A stretch of 64,000 nt of DNA from Lytechinus pictus (taxonomy: Eukaryota): positions 44,146,001-44,210,000 of the forward strand of contig NC_087245.1 of assembly GCF_037042905.1 (NCBI RefSeq), read 5' to 3'. Of the stretch, positions 37,826 to 51,059 are shown in pieces. The notes under the pieces were generated by a model. It worked only from the letters and a program-made list of their open reading frames with translations. It was not told the origin of the DNA and did no database searches. The position numbers were made by a program, and so were the translations under genes. The first letter of the stretch is position 1. Each line of letters opens with the position of its first letter.

Positions 37826-40800
37826 AGGGATCGTTTAACATTGTGAGAAGCTGATTTAAAAAATTCTCAAATTAAGATGAATTATGTTTATGAGTTTATG
37901 TACTTGTTCTAAGAAACCCTAGAAATCATCTTTATTTTGAATGAAAAGTTTTTAGTAGGTAGGAAAATGTGATTATATTAGAACTCGTCTACTAGACGAC
38001 TTCCCAAATTACTGTGACATCCCGATTTGAAAATAAAATTGTATGCCTCCCTCTGCGTTGAGATCGTAACGGACACGCAAGCGAGAACTGTCAATCAACC
38101 AACAGTGAATGGGGGCAAGGCCGCTCCGGCCGGCATGCACTGAGAATTGTAAACATTACATGCAGCGCATGTTCTCTGCTGGCTCTTTTCTATAGTGCCT
38201 TGACGGTTCTACTTCTAGTCGAAGCAGAGAAAGTAGTATGAAAGAAGAAAAACAGATTCTGATAGCGCAACGAAAGATATGTACAGACCATCTAAGATAA
38301 GAAAAATGCAGACTTACTGACTCCTCCTCGCCGGGATGGTAGTAACGTGGCAAATTTGGGGCGATGTACTTTAATATTACATGAAGATAAAGCGAAAGTG
38401 TAGCACCAGAATAAAATATGTGCGATCCAGAACATCATACATGTACTTGAGAATAGAATAAGAACATATGACTCTAGAGCTCTGCGTGTGTCGTGAGCTG
38501 AGGCATGGACCATGGCTAGCTGAGGGAAGGATGGCTTTATCCCATGCGTGAACGTTTCGTTGTTTATGTGGGTATGCAAATTACTTGGTATTACGTAAGA
38601 CTCTTCCCATATCGCTCGAAAAATGAACATAATACAGGACATTCATTTTTAATTGTGCAGTCACATGATTATAACATTTCATTTATTCAAGACTGTTTCT
38701 CTAATGGGCCGAGCACCTTTTTGAGAGCAGTAATCAAAACTTGTGTAGTAAATCTGCCATATTTTACTCACGTACCCAGGTAACAAGCCAACGTTGGCTC
38801 CACGTTGGAAACTTGAAAGTCGTTGGACGTTGGGAAAACTTGATGGATTAACGTTGAATCGACGTTGGAAACTAGTTTGATGGAAAGATGATGGACAATC
38901 AACAATGACACGACGTTGGCAACGTTGGAAACTTGTTAGTCGGAGAGTTGTTGGACAGTCGACAATGTCACAACGTTGGAAACACGTTTGATTGGATACT
39001 TGTTGAACAGCCAGCAAAGGCACAACGTTGGCAACGTTGGAAACTAGTTCGCTGGAAAGTTGTTGAACAACCGACAATGGCACAACGTTGACAAAGTTGG
39101 AAACTAGTTTGTTGGAGATTTGTTGGACGGTCGACAATGGCACAACGTTGGAGACTAGTAAGTTGGAGAGTTGTTGGACAGTCGACAATGTCACAACGTT
39201 GGAGACACGTTTGATTGGATAGTTGTTGACAGCCAGCAAAGACACAACGTTGGCAACGTTGGAAACTAGTTCGCTGGAAAGTTGTTGAACAATCAACAAT
39301 GACACGACGTTGGCAACGTTGGAAACTTGTTAGTTGGAGAGTTGTTGGACAGTCGACAATGGCACAACGATGGAAATTAGTAGGTTGGAGATTAGTTGGA
39401 TAGTCAACGATGACACAAGGTTGGCAACGTTGGAAACTAGTTCGATGGAAAGTTGTTGAACAACCAACTATGGCACAACGTTGTCAAAGCTATAAACTAG
39501 TTCGATGGAGATTTGTTGGATAGTCGACGATGGCACAACGTTGGAAACTGGTAGATTGGAGATCAGTAGGATAGTCGACGATGACACAACGTTGGCAACG
39601 TTGGAAAGTTGTTGAACAACCAACTATGGCACAACGTTGTCAAAGCTATAAACTAGTTCGATGGAGATTTGTTGGATAGTCGACGATGGCACAACGTTGG
39701 AAACTGGTAGATTGGAGATTAGTTAGATAGTATACAATGACACAACGTTGATAAAGCTGGAAACTAGTTAGATGGAAAGTTGTTGAACAACTGACACTGG
39801 CACAACGTTGGAAACTGGTAGATTGGAGATCAGTAGGATAGTCGACGATGACACAACGTTGGCAACGTTGGAAAGTTGTTGAACAACAGACAATGGCACA
39901 ACATTGGAAACTAGTGTGTTGGAGATTTGTTGGACAGCCAACAACGTCACAACGTTGGAAACGCGTGTTTGATTGGATAGGTGTTGAACAGCCAACAAAG
40001 GCACAGCGTTGACTACGTCGGAAACTAGTTCGATGGAGAGTTGCTGAACAACCGACAAAGGAACAACGTTGGAAACTATTTTCTTGGAGATTTGTTGGAC
40101 AGTCGACAATGGCACAACGTTGACAAAGTTGGAAACTAGTTTGATGGAGAGTTGTTGAACAACGGACAATGGCACAACGTGGACAGCGTAATTGGAATAG
40201 TTTATTGGACAGTTAACATTGACACAATGTTGGAAACTATAGTTTGTTGGATATTTGTTTGACAGTCAACATAATATCCCGGCATAATATACACAGTGTT
40301 GAGAACGTTAGAAACTGGTTCATTGGAGAATTGATAATTGATAAAGTTGGCGGAGTACAGCAAGTCTGCATATGCCGACTTAACCCAAGACAAGACAAGA
40401 CTACTGGCATAATTTCCAATGGGGCCAAGGGGGGGGGGGTCGATCAAGTAAGTTTGCTTGTCTATCCATGTCACCCTTGGTATCCCCCAGCAATAAGGGG
40501 AAAAGAAATCGAGAGAGAAGGAAAATAATGGGAAGGGAAAGAGGAACTAAAACTAAGTCTAAGGGGAAAACAAAAATAAAGATGGGGTAGAATAGAGAGG
40601 CTGCATGCACCTGGGGATGCAAATGTGTCGATTAATATAGAAAATAAAGAAGAAAAACAAGAATAAAAATATAGTTCAAGACCAGAATTTCCAGAAACGC
40701 CCTCGTCGATCCTTTGCAGCTGGCAAGGCCTTTCACAGTAAGTACGAGATATGTCATAGGCCTACCGTCACATAACTAGAAGAAATTGAAGAAGGAAATA

Positions 40801-41468
40801 CAAGCATCAAATGTGCCTATTTAAAAATACCATACTATTCTGATGCGCAGAATTAGTCGCGACGTCGGACTCCTTCTGTCATGTCTGTGTAGTCTGCTTC
40901 CTTCAATTTTGAACTTGAAGAATCTGGCAGAATTTGGACTGGATAGTGGATATAGATAAGTAAATTCCAGAATATCTAGTGATCTGGAACAGTACTTATA
41001 AGTTGTATATTTAGGACCTACAATCTACAGTTGAATTTTCTTTGCACTTGCAGATAATCGGTAACTGCAACCATTGATCCCCTCCGAAAGATCCCGGAGT
41101 CAGCTTCTGTGTGCGTACAGTCCGACGCTAGTATATTCGTGTACTGTGTAAGTAGTAGTAAAGTAGTACTTAACACCAGTCACTGCACAGTATAACATAC
41201 TAACTAACCTCGTAATTAGCTTGTGTGAGTGACTAATACTAACCTCGCAATACGTGTGAGTGGGAACGAGTATGCGATACCAATGGCAAGGCAACAGTCA
41301 TTGGATGATTTTCAAAATTCAAGTACAGTGTTGAATCTGGATCTGGATGTGTACACTGCTGGACCAATTGGTATGAATGCAGCGGGTGAGAGAGGGCACG
41401 GTGATATTTAGTCGTATCGTAGGTAGCTCTTTTCGATCTTTGACTTGAACACCTCTAGTTGAAATCTG

Positions 41469-41625
41469 GGGGGCGTTTCATGAAAGGACTTGTCGGACGT
41501 TTTATCCGACAAGTCCCATTTTATCCGACAGTTACCATAGTAACAGTACCTCTCAGCCAATCAACATCAGATAAAGATGTCAGATCTGACAACTTGTCGG
41601 ATGAAAATGTTGATGAAACACTCCC
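41469..41625. mobile_element. PIF/Harbinger-like MITE, 3-bp TSD CTG
   Basis: GGGGGCGTTTCAT / ATGAAACACTCCC with CTG at 41466-41468 and 41626-41628. Confidence 0.75.
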
Positions 41626-41637
41626 CTGGTGTTGGTG

Positions 41638-42468
41638 TAACCCAGGCACCCAAGGGTTCATTACATGCCGCCGCGCACAGAAAAATCAAGCCGTAGAAGT
41701 CGTGTGTTGTGGACCCAAGAAGTGAGATCCCAGCACGTGCGACCCACTAGTAAGAAATCCACTGCCAAACGCGGTTCGTGGTGCGAGGTTAGTATACTAA
41801 TACTAACCTGGCAATACGTGTGAGTGTAACCCAGGGAGCTCCGGCCCGCTGCGCGGGCCGGAGCCCAGGGGCTTACCGTGTAATTCACCATACCCACGGT
41901 AGTAGCGTGAAGTATGGTCTAAATAATTATCCGAATAAATAGTTAAAACAGAAATTAAGCACTTACCACGATTATATGGATGAAGGTCTAACGAGTGGCA
42001 GCTTCCTGACATCGAGGCACAGACTGGAACCTAAAAAAACGAAAAGTTCTGTCGCGGTAGCTCTCCTCTTTCAGAATTCAAAACAAAATGGCCGATTGAG
42101 ACCGAGACTAATAGCACTAGTGCATTAGTATACATCTCTATGATATAGACTTTGTCAAATTCGCGCATGCGCCCTACACCCTCGGTACCGGTCTCGAACG
42201 GCCATTTTTCTATGAATTCTGAAAGAAGGAGAGCTACCGCGACATAACTTTTTCGTTTTTTGAGGTTCCAGTCTGTGCCTCGATGTCAGGAAGCTGCCAA
42301 TCGTTAGACCTTCATCCATATAATCGTGGTAAGTGCTTAATTTCTGTTTTAACTATTTATTCGGATAATTATTTAGACCATACTTCACGCTACTACCGTG
42401 GGTATGGTGAATTACACGGTAAGCCCCTGGGCTCCGGCCCGCTGAGCGGGCCGGAGCTCCCTGGGTTA
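41638..42468. mobile_element. Mutator-like foldback element, 9-bp TSD GTGTTGGTG
   Basis: Highly similar ~280-bp inverted arms at 41827-42104 and 42189-42468. Perfect 9-bp TSD at 41629-41637 and 42469-42477. An extra 189-bp segment on the left begins TAACCCAGG. Confidence 0.82.
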
Positions 42469-45400
42469 GTGTTGGTGTTGTGACAACACCGTACTTGAAT
42501 CAGGCTGGTGTTAAGATTGACCTCGGAAAATATGGTGTATTTCCGGCAGTTTGTGTTGAAGGCTGGTGTTGATTGTCATCTGCTGAACCCAACACTGCAC
42601 TGTGGCTGCATGGTGTTGATGATCTACAAGCAATTTCCCCATTCAGCAACACCGACGTACCCCAGGGATTGGGAGAATCGTGATTTAAAGTTCAGTGTTG
42701 GTGTTGATGAACTGTAGCTATTACGAACAGGGGGCGAACACGACGAACCATCTCCGTAAAATTATCTTTTACATTTAAGATGAGAGCAAATCATTAGAGT
42801 TTTAATACATTTCAATGAAAAATAATATTACGCTTGGTGTTGGAGCTCAGTTCAGCAGCCCTTTCACGCTCTCAACACCGTACACCGTACTTGAAATCAC
42901 CCAAAATGACTTGCTACCTGGCATTCCTGCCTTATTTATTATACGCTGCCTTGAATTGACTTGGTCGGTCCTGCCTGGCCTAGCCTGGACCGAGTGTTTT
43001 CCAACTGCAGTCAAACCTGTAGTTGCTATGTGAGGCATGCTACACTTGACGCTAAAATATCATTTAATAGTTATGGCACGAGCGAGACTAGGCCATGGCC
43101 ATGCATATTGAGATATCAGTTGACTTCTATCTTAATCAAAAAGAGGCACTCTTTAGTTACAGTAGGCAGTAGCTACGTTACTCTGAGTGAGGCCAAGTTA
43201 CGCGACCTCCTTTTTTGATTTTGTAAATACTGAGAGACTGCAATTACACATGTGAGTTTTTGTGATGATTACTGACGTTGCAATTGGCATTGCATACCGA
43301 GTCATAAACAATTGTAGACAGAAACAGAGATTGCAACTCGCAAGAAAATGCAATACATCTTAATTTTTATTACATATGCATATGTTTTTTTGGTATTAGT
43401 CTTGTTTGAGAAAAAGAGGATGTCAAAAAAGTTTGAATGCTACAAAGGCCTCAATAAATATCACACGTAATTATCTTGATTTCTCTTAATTATGTGAAGA
43501 GACTTGTAACAGAAAGAATGAAAAGAAATGAATAGCTGTAATAATAGTTGTAATGTTTTTTGATAGAATCATGAACAGATTACAGATGATGATGGCACAG
43601 TGTTGAAAACTGTTTGATGGAGATGGCGCATCGTTGGATTTGTTTAGAATTAGACCAACAAAGAATCAACGTTACAACAACATTTAACCGATATTAGACA
43701 AACATTGAATCAACGTTTACGCCAACGTTGGACTAACATTGGACTAAAGTTGAATCAACTTTCCATCAACATTGGACCAACATTATACCAACGTTGGATC
43801 AACGTCACCCAACGTTGGACCAACATTGGACCAACGCTGCCATACCTGCCTCATCTGGACAATGATTATGCACTCATGAATATTCATTACATCAGTAAAT
43901 GACCAAAATTTTAGGTAATATTGCTATAATAATTAGAGTATTTATGTTTATTCAATATTTCCACCATGAAAAGTTTCAGAAAAGTATGTGGCTCCATTAC
44001 CATATCATATATAATCAAAACATATTATTCTAAGTGAAATATTCAAGGTTAAGTGTGGAAAATGATATTAACTGTATTCTGCCAAGTATAGCAAAGTTGC
44101 TCTATATATAGGAGTCAATGACAGGATACAGTGGATAGGTGTAGGATGATAGGAATAGGATATAGGATTAGGATGTAGGATTTTAGGATAGGATAAGACA
44201 TATGATGATAAAGATTTGAGTGTAGAGTTGTAATGGTGGACTTCACCTTGAAACCAATTAATGTTTTGTTAATTACTGCCATACGTTGGAATAACGTTGG
44301 AGCAATGTTGGAGCAACGTTGTGACAACGTTGTAACAATGTTGGAGCAATGTTGCCAGACAACGTTGGAGCATTGTTGCTGGACAGCGTTGAACCAACGT
44401 TGTAAACATAGTTGGACTGACGATGTATGCAAGTGCACGTCCATCGCTGCTTCAACGTTGCCCATCAACGTTGCAGCAACGCTGTTATTGATGACTCAGC
44501 CGACATTATACCAACGTTGGAGCATTGATGGTGGACAACGTTGAACTGACGTTGGAAATGTTGTTGGTCTGACGATGTATGGACGTGCACTTCTATCGAT
44601 GATACAACGTTGCTTACCAACGTTGTAGCAATGTTGTATTTGACTATTTAGCCAACATTGGATCAACGTTGCCAGACAACGTTGAAACATTGTTGCTGGA
44701 CAACGTTGAACTAACGTTGGAAATGTTGTTGGTCTGACGATGTATGCGCGTGCACTTCTATCGATGATGCAACGTTGGCCTGCCAACGTTGAGGCAACGT
44801 TGGGAAAAAAATTCCCAACGTTGATCCAACGTTGGTCCAACGCTGTATTGTTACCTGGGTATGCACTCCCTTCCTTTGAACGCGAGGTCCTTTCTTCTTC
44901 TTCTTTTGCTTGACACATTTTTGGCGAAATACCTTTAGATTGTAAATTTTTAGATGAAAACCTTTTTTTTTTTTTTTTTTTTCTTTTCAAAATTTTCTCA
45001 TGAATTGTGCCTCCTCCCTTTAGAAAAACCTGGATCCACCCCTGCACAACGTAAAGCTGCCCCCCCCCCTCCAACACATAACTGCACAGCCCAACAACCA
45101 ATGTATAACGAACATTTTTATAATAATTATATAAAAAGGTTTGGTGCAGCATAAAATATATAAAATATAAAGGTATATGCTGGGGATAAAAAGGACATAA
45201 AAATAATTGCATTATTCTGTGGCCGGCGGCGAAAGCATAAAAATATTAGATTCTGGATTGGCGGTGTTCCGGCGGTGTTGAAGCATGATCTTCCGCCGCC
45301 AGTGCCAGAATGTATATTTTTACGTACTTCGGGGGGGGGGGGGGAAGAAATATTTCCATCCACATTTCTTCCACATCGGCTGATAAATGCTTAATTATTA

Positions 45401-46631
45401 TCATTTAGGGGGGGGGGTGTCCCATGCAACTAAAGTCTGAATTTTTAAGTACATCGTAGCTTTATTCTTACAATCATGGACCTACTATGGCCTAAATTAA
45501 TGATGCGAGCGCGAAGCGCGCAAGGTAATGTTTATTTTTATATTTCGCCTTGAAAATAAATATAGGAGCGCGAACTTTTTTATGAACATGAACATCTTAA
45601 ACGGGTCATTCTACTCACTTTTGGTAATCACGCAGGGTATGTTCATCTTAAACAATTCGATTTGATTTATTGTTCTCGTAAATGCGTATTAGCATTTTCA
45701 TAACAAAAGAAACATAATATCGTTTAAAATTTTGGCATGAATAATAGAGTGTACTTATTAAAAATATGATTCAACCCACACACACCAAATGATCCACACC
45801 CAACATATTATGATATTAACAATTAGCAGGATCGAGGATTGTCATTATAAGCACATTGCTTGGAGAAAAAAATAACTGAAAACCCGAGATTCAAACTTAT
45901 TAAATTGCATTGATTATACAACAGAATGGTGCGAGCGCGGAGCACGAAGAACGAGTTGAAAATTATTAATATTTTGACATGAAGAGCTGAATCGGGTCAT
46001 TCTAATCAAATACGGTCTTATGGTAAGTATAAAGTTTATACGCCAAGCGAGCTGATATTTGTTGAAATTAAGATCTTAATACGAAACATTGTATAAACTG
46101 TTTTGGAATATTGCTGCATATTTTCCTGAATAATGATAAGAGCGCATGTAAAACGCAAGCTGATTTTTTAAAAAGTATATTCGCGATTGATTTTTTTTGT
46201 ATAATGATTTCTACTTTTTCTGCTTTCAAATCGCTCCTCTTTTCTTATTTCATTCACTTTTCTTCTTCTTATATCCTTTCTTATCGTTCCTCTCTATTTC
46301 CGCTTTCTCTAGGCATAGATAGCAAAGCCCCAAGAAACTCCAGAATCCTGAGACGTCCAGATGGTATTTTGTACAAAAAAATGAAGTCACCAATCTAAAA
46401 ATGTCACTTTAATCCGATTTTAAAAAATGTGGAAAGACACATGCAGGGTTCGGCGACAGGGCATATAAAGTTTAGTAATAAAATAGAGAAATGCGAGTTA
46501 ACGCAAAGAGTTGAATTTGAAAAGTTTTTCGATTTTATATTAAAATCCTACATTTTTATTTTAATAGCATGTTCGTGATATTACTTATAACCCCTTATAA
46601 CATTGCATTATGAAGGGTTATATATAGATAT

Positions 46632-46914
46632 CAGTGTTTCCACTCCTCCCGAAATTTCGGGAAATTTTACCTTTTCCAGGAAAGGTTCCGAATGAAACAA
46701 ATCCATGCAGGAAATTTCGGGAAATCCAAAGCCTTATTACAAGTAAACAATAATTAAACATAGCAACTGTCAACATTCATGTTATATTTTTAAAAATTTT
46801 TGCTGAAAGTTTCGGCTGGCTACATTTTTGTACAATTTTTGTTAAAATCAAACTAAAAATTCTAGGAAATGTCTATAAATTCGAGAAGTTTGTTTTGGAT
46901 CTGTGGAAACACCG
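46632..46914. mobile_element. Old hAT-like MITE
   Basis: CAGTGTTTCCAC / GTGGAAACACCG ends with GAAATTTCGGGAAAT repeats; TSD not preserved. Confidence 0.5.
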
Positions 46915-49166
46915 ATGCACATGGCCTTTGTAAGCGGGGGGTGCTAAATCACCTCCAAGATTTATATGGGGGTGATGTACAGGTTTGATCCAAACACCTT
47001 CATTTTGGTGCGGAAAACAAACTTTTTATTTTTGATTGTATGATTATTTTGCTTTAAATTTTAAGTATTTTCCTTTGTCAAAACTGCTATTTTGGTATTA
47101 TTGGTTTTAGTAAACATGTGATATTCATCTTTTTCTTGTTTTTATTTTCACATTTTTCCTTTCTTTTCTTTTTTCTTTCTTTCTTTCTTTCCCTCTTCCT
47201 TTTAAGGGGGTAACTACCCCACTTATCTAAAATTTAGGAGGGTGTGCCCCTTCCCCTCGCTTCCATTTATCGCTACCTTTCCCATTCCCTTCGTTAGTCT
47301 GGTAACCTTATTTCGACGTCAAAGTGTCCACTCTATTGTTCTACAACACAACGAACATGACTAAAGAAAGAAAATTGGGAGAGAGAAGTAAAATTAAAGG
47401 ATCTGAAAACGACGTGTGACCAGGTTGAATTCTCTTATTCACATAGTGCAACCCTGGACATGGAGGAATGGGGGGTCTGAACATGTGATTTTTGAAATCT
47501 TGAAATGAAAATCATTACATCATTATGGAATATAAACAGGGGAAAAGACAAACAAGAACATAGCAGACATTTTCGTTTCTAATATTAAAATGTCCTTTAT
47601 TTTTTCTCCTATTTCTTGTGTTGTCCAAGGTTGGAGGTTGGTTGCTAGCGACCCCCTCCCTTCACGCTAGCGCATTTACACACTGACGAGGCGGATCGGA
47701 GAGATGAAATCATATATCTCCAGAATGGACGATGAAAAAAAATTAAAATTATTGAAAGGGGGAGCGGGAACGCTATAGATTATGCCTATACCTGCGGCCC
47801 CCTCAAAAAAAAATGGAGACGAGGGAAGTGGAAGGGGCGAGTAGCGTATAAGTTCTAAGTAATGATAATAATAGTAATAAAATAATATAATATTTATATA
47901 GCACACGTGTCCATCTTGTTAGGTGCTCAAGGTGCCCATGTATTATTATCACTGCTTGATTCGTGTGATCAAAACGAACATACCTATAATCCTTTATTTG
48001 AGCCCCTCCCCCGCGCAAACGAAAAACACTACGAACTTCCACAACCATGCAAGGGAGAGGGGGGGGGGGGAGAAGTGGTGTTCATTTTCAAAAGTGATTA
48101 TATTATTTTATTTTTTGCTCACGAGCTACACTCCATCGTAAATGTTCAAAATGTTTGTCGGTATAGCCCTTGATTCTACAAATGTATATCGGTAACGTGT
48201 ACCGACGTCAGCTATACGACCATGAGTCTTGGAAGTGTTCAACACTCTCCTCAGTCACATTTTCTTCCACCATACCCAGGGCAGTACAGGCTTTCATCAG
48301 TTAAAGGTAGGGGTGGGAATTATCATTCACACTTTCCCGATAGGCCGCCAAAATCATTTTTTTTTTTTTTTTTTTTTGGGGGGGGGGCATTATTCACGTT
48401 ATTATTTATTTATTTATTCATTTATATATTAGAGGGCTTGACCTAACTAAAGATCGAAGTTCTAATACAGTCTTATCTTACCTTATCTCATGAGGTCTAA
48501 ATATATCACATGCAAGCTAAATTTATTGTATATTTTTATTTAGAACTGAGAATTGAATATTCTGGGCAGTTATTGTAATCATGAAGAAGATGCGTATCTA
48601 ACGAAAAGATTCGTGCGAGCGCGAAACACAGAAGTAATTTTTAATATACTCACCTACAAAAGTATTCGTTTTGCAGTGACTCATGAATGTACATGTAATA
48701 CAAATCTCACCAATCAATAAAATGCGAGAGCGAGTTGTACATTTTCAATATCTGGGACTAAAAAATGTATATTCGAATCACATTTTCAACCATAAATTGG
48801 ATGGATATATAAGCATAACTTTATGATGCGAGCGTGCATGAAGCGCGAACAGAAATTCTAATTTTCCGCCCGAAACTCGGACAATCTAAGCACTTTTTCT
48901 GTCATGTACAATATGAGTATTATTAACATGTTAACCACGTTTTGAAATCATAACCAGGATGAGTATGTAATCAAACAATTAGTGCGAGCGCGAAGCGCGA
49001 GCTGATTATTATTTTTTTTAATTCAGATCTAAAAACTGGAAAGTTCAAGTCCGTTTTTTATTTAAAGAAGAAACGTCATATTAGAGAATTAGACGCGAGG
49101 TGATTTTCCCCCTAGATTTAGACCTAAAACAAGACATAAAAAGCAATGGAACCATGAACAGAATGG

Positions 49167-49168
<2 letters not shown>

Positions 49169-49261
<93 letters not shown>
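49169..49261. repeat. (TA)n microsatellite
   Basis: About 46 uninterrupted TA units. Confidence 0.97.
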
Positions 49262-49264
<3 letters not shown>

Positions 49265-49402
49265 GTGTGAAGTTATACATGTACATGTTATACATATATA
49301 CATGTACATGTTATACATATATATATATATATAACTCAACAATCGATTAGAGCGCGGAGCGCAAGCTGATATTTCTTCCGACATGAAAAGTGGACTTTAT
49401 TA

Positions 49403-51059
49403 CATGGCGTATCTAGCCGGGGCGGCAATGGAGGCACGTGCCCCGGGTGCTACTTTCAGTGGTGCAAAAACGGGAGATAGATGCAAAGAAAGAAAGGGAA
49501 AAAATGAATAGAAAAAGCAAAGGAATTAAGACGCTGAAAAAGGAATACCGCTGACGGTAATACCCCCGTTCTCTGTACCATTAATGCACTTTTCAACGTA
49601 AAAAAATAATCTTGCATGTCTTTACCCAGGGATGAATATTCGTGCAACTTTTAATTAGTGATATACTTATATTCTCTCCATGAATTCCAACAAACACTCC
49701 TTATAAAAAAAAATAGTTTTTCAAACTCAAATGTCATAACTTTTCATCTATAGCTACGAGTTTGCATTATTTTTATACCTTTCTTTTCATTAATTCTTGC
49801 AAACAGTTCAGAAATATAATTTTCTGGTTTGTCAAAGCTTCTCACCACGCTCTGATTTTGATGAGGGAGATAAAAACTCTCCATTAGACATTTTTAGGTG
49901 AGGATATACAAAATATCATCTCGCGCTTCGCGCTCACATTAGGGCCTACCCCGATGAGATACGTATCCTTTTCATGAATTCCTACAAAAAGCCCCTAAAA
50001 TTATCCATGCTTTGATTTCCTCCCGTTTAGATTTTTCAAAATCATTGTTCTTTAACCTCCCACAAAAAGATTGGACAAAACTTCAACGTCTACAAAACTC
50101 TGCTGCCCGTCTCCTAACATACACTAAAAAGTATGACTCCATCTCGCCAATCCTCCAGTCCTTACATTGGCTGCCTGTTGATAAAAGAATCTCCTTCAAA
50201 ATTATTTTACTATTATTCAATTTATTCTCTCTTCCCCCACATATCTCCGCAGCTCTATCTCAAAATATCAGCCTTCACGCAGTCTCCGCTCATCATTCTG
50301 ATGCTCTATTGCTCCAGACACCCAGAACCAAACACAAATGGGGGGATGCATTCTCTGTTATAGGACCAAAGCTATGGAATCGATTGGCTATCCAATTACG
50401 CAAAATTTTCATCAACAGAAACATTCAAGTCCCAGTGAAAACTAAATTTTGATATCCCATTAACATTCAGGAGAATTCAAATTCTATTCTTTTTCGTTTT
50501 CTATTGTTGTTGGGTGTTGTGTTTATTTTTCTACAAGCGCCATGAGCACCGAAAGGTGGACGCGTGCGCTATATAAGAAGCCACCAATATTATTATTATT
50601 ATTGTCATTATTATTATTATAATTATTATCATTATCATCATTATTATTAAGATTTCCCCTCAATATTAATTTTTCAGCTCGCCCCTCGTGCTTGCATGAA
50701 ATGCTTAATTAGACAAGCATCGATATGTCCCGATTGGAGGTCTCAATATCAATAATTTTCGGCTCGCGCTTCGCGAATGCATTCATTGTCTGGATATGCA
50801 TCATGTTAATTATTACAAAAAGTGCTTAGAATATTCCTTTTTAAGATCTTAATACTGAAAATAATAGGCACGTGCTTAGCGCTCGCATACGTTGTTTTCG
50901 TTAGATACGCATCATTTTCATGATAAAAAACCCCGGACTAGAATATTATGTTTTATTTTGACTGGTCGAGTGCAGAGTATATACACAATAGACCTATATT
51001 TTGAAAGGGGTGCGATTTTAGCACTTGCCCGGGCCTCGTTTGTTCTAGATACGCCACTG
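49403..51059. mobile_element. hAT-like element containing an L2 fragment
   Basis: TGGCGTATCTAG / CTAGATACGCCACTG ends and internal GCTCGCGCTTCGCG units; TSD not recognisable. Confidence 0.55.
50005..50650 (+). mobile_element. L2-like LINE 3' fragment
   Basis: ISSRLDFSKSL..KLQRLQNSAARLL..ISPILQSLHWLPV.KRI.FKI..AFSVIGPKLWN. 3' stem AGCGC..GCGCTATATAAG and an (ATT)n tail. Confidence 0.9.

Larger units (their letters stand above)
38775..44859. mobile_element. CMC/EnSpm-like non-autonomous element (CCCAG ends, TA TSD, AACGTT subterminal arrays)
   Basis: TIR CCCAGGTAACA / TGTTACCTGGG. TA at 38773-38774 and 44860-44861. Dense CAACGTTG arrays at 38790-40310, 43630-43840 and 44280-44845. Confidence 0.85.

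Noticed and set aside
38679..40175. ORFs with VVQQLS..VSNV repeats (208 aa and 135 aa)
   Set aside because: They are translations of the AACGTT subterminal arrays of the EnSpm-like element and show no domain signature.
38790..40310. Possible CRISPR-like repeat-spacer array
   Set aside because: The 'spacers' are homologous to one another, the context is eukaryotic, and no cas genes are present. It is a degenerate tandem repeat.
41054..41146. Plus-strand exon candidate with a good acceptor and a GTAAGT donor
   Set aside because: Stops in all three frames and located inside a TE. At most a non-coding exon, which is unsupported.
41803..42483. Twin ORFs MSGSC.SLDLHPYNRGK on opposite strands
   Set aside because: They are the two arms of one inverted repeat; short, with no coding evidence.
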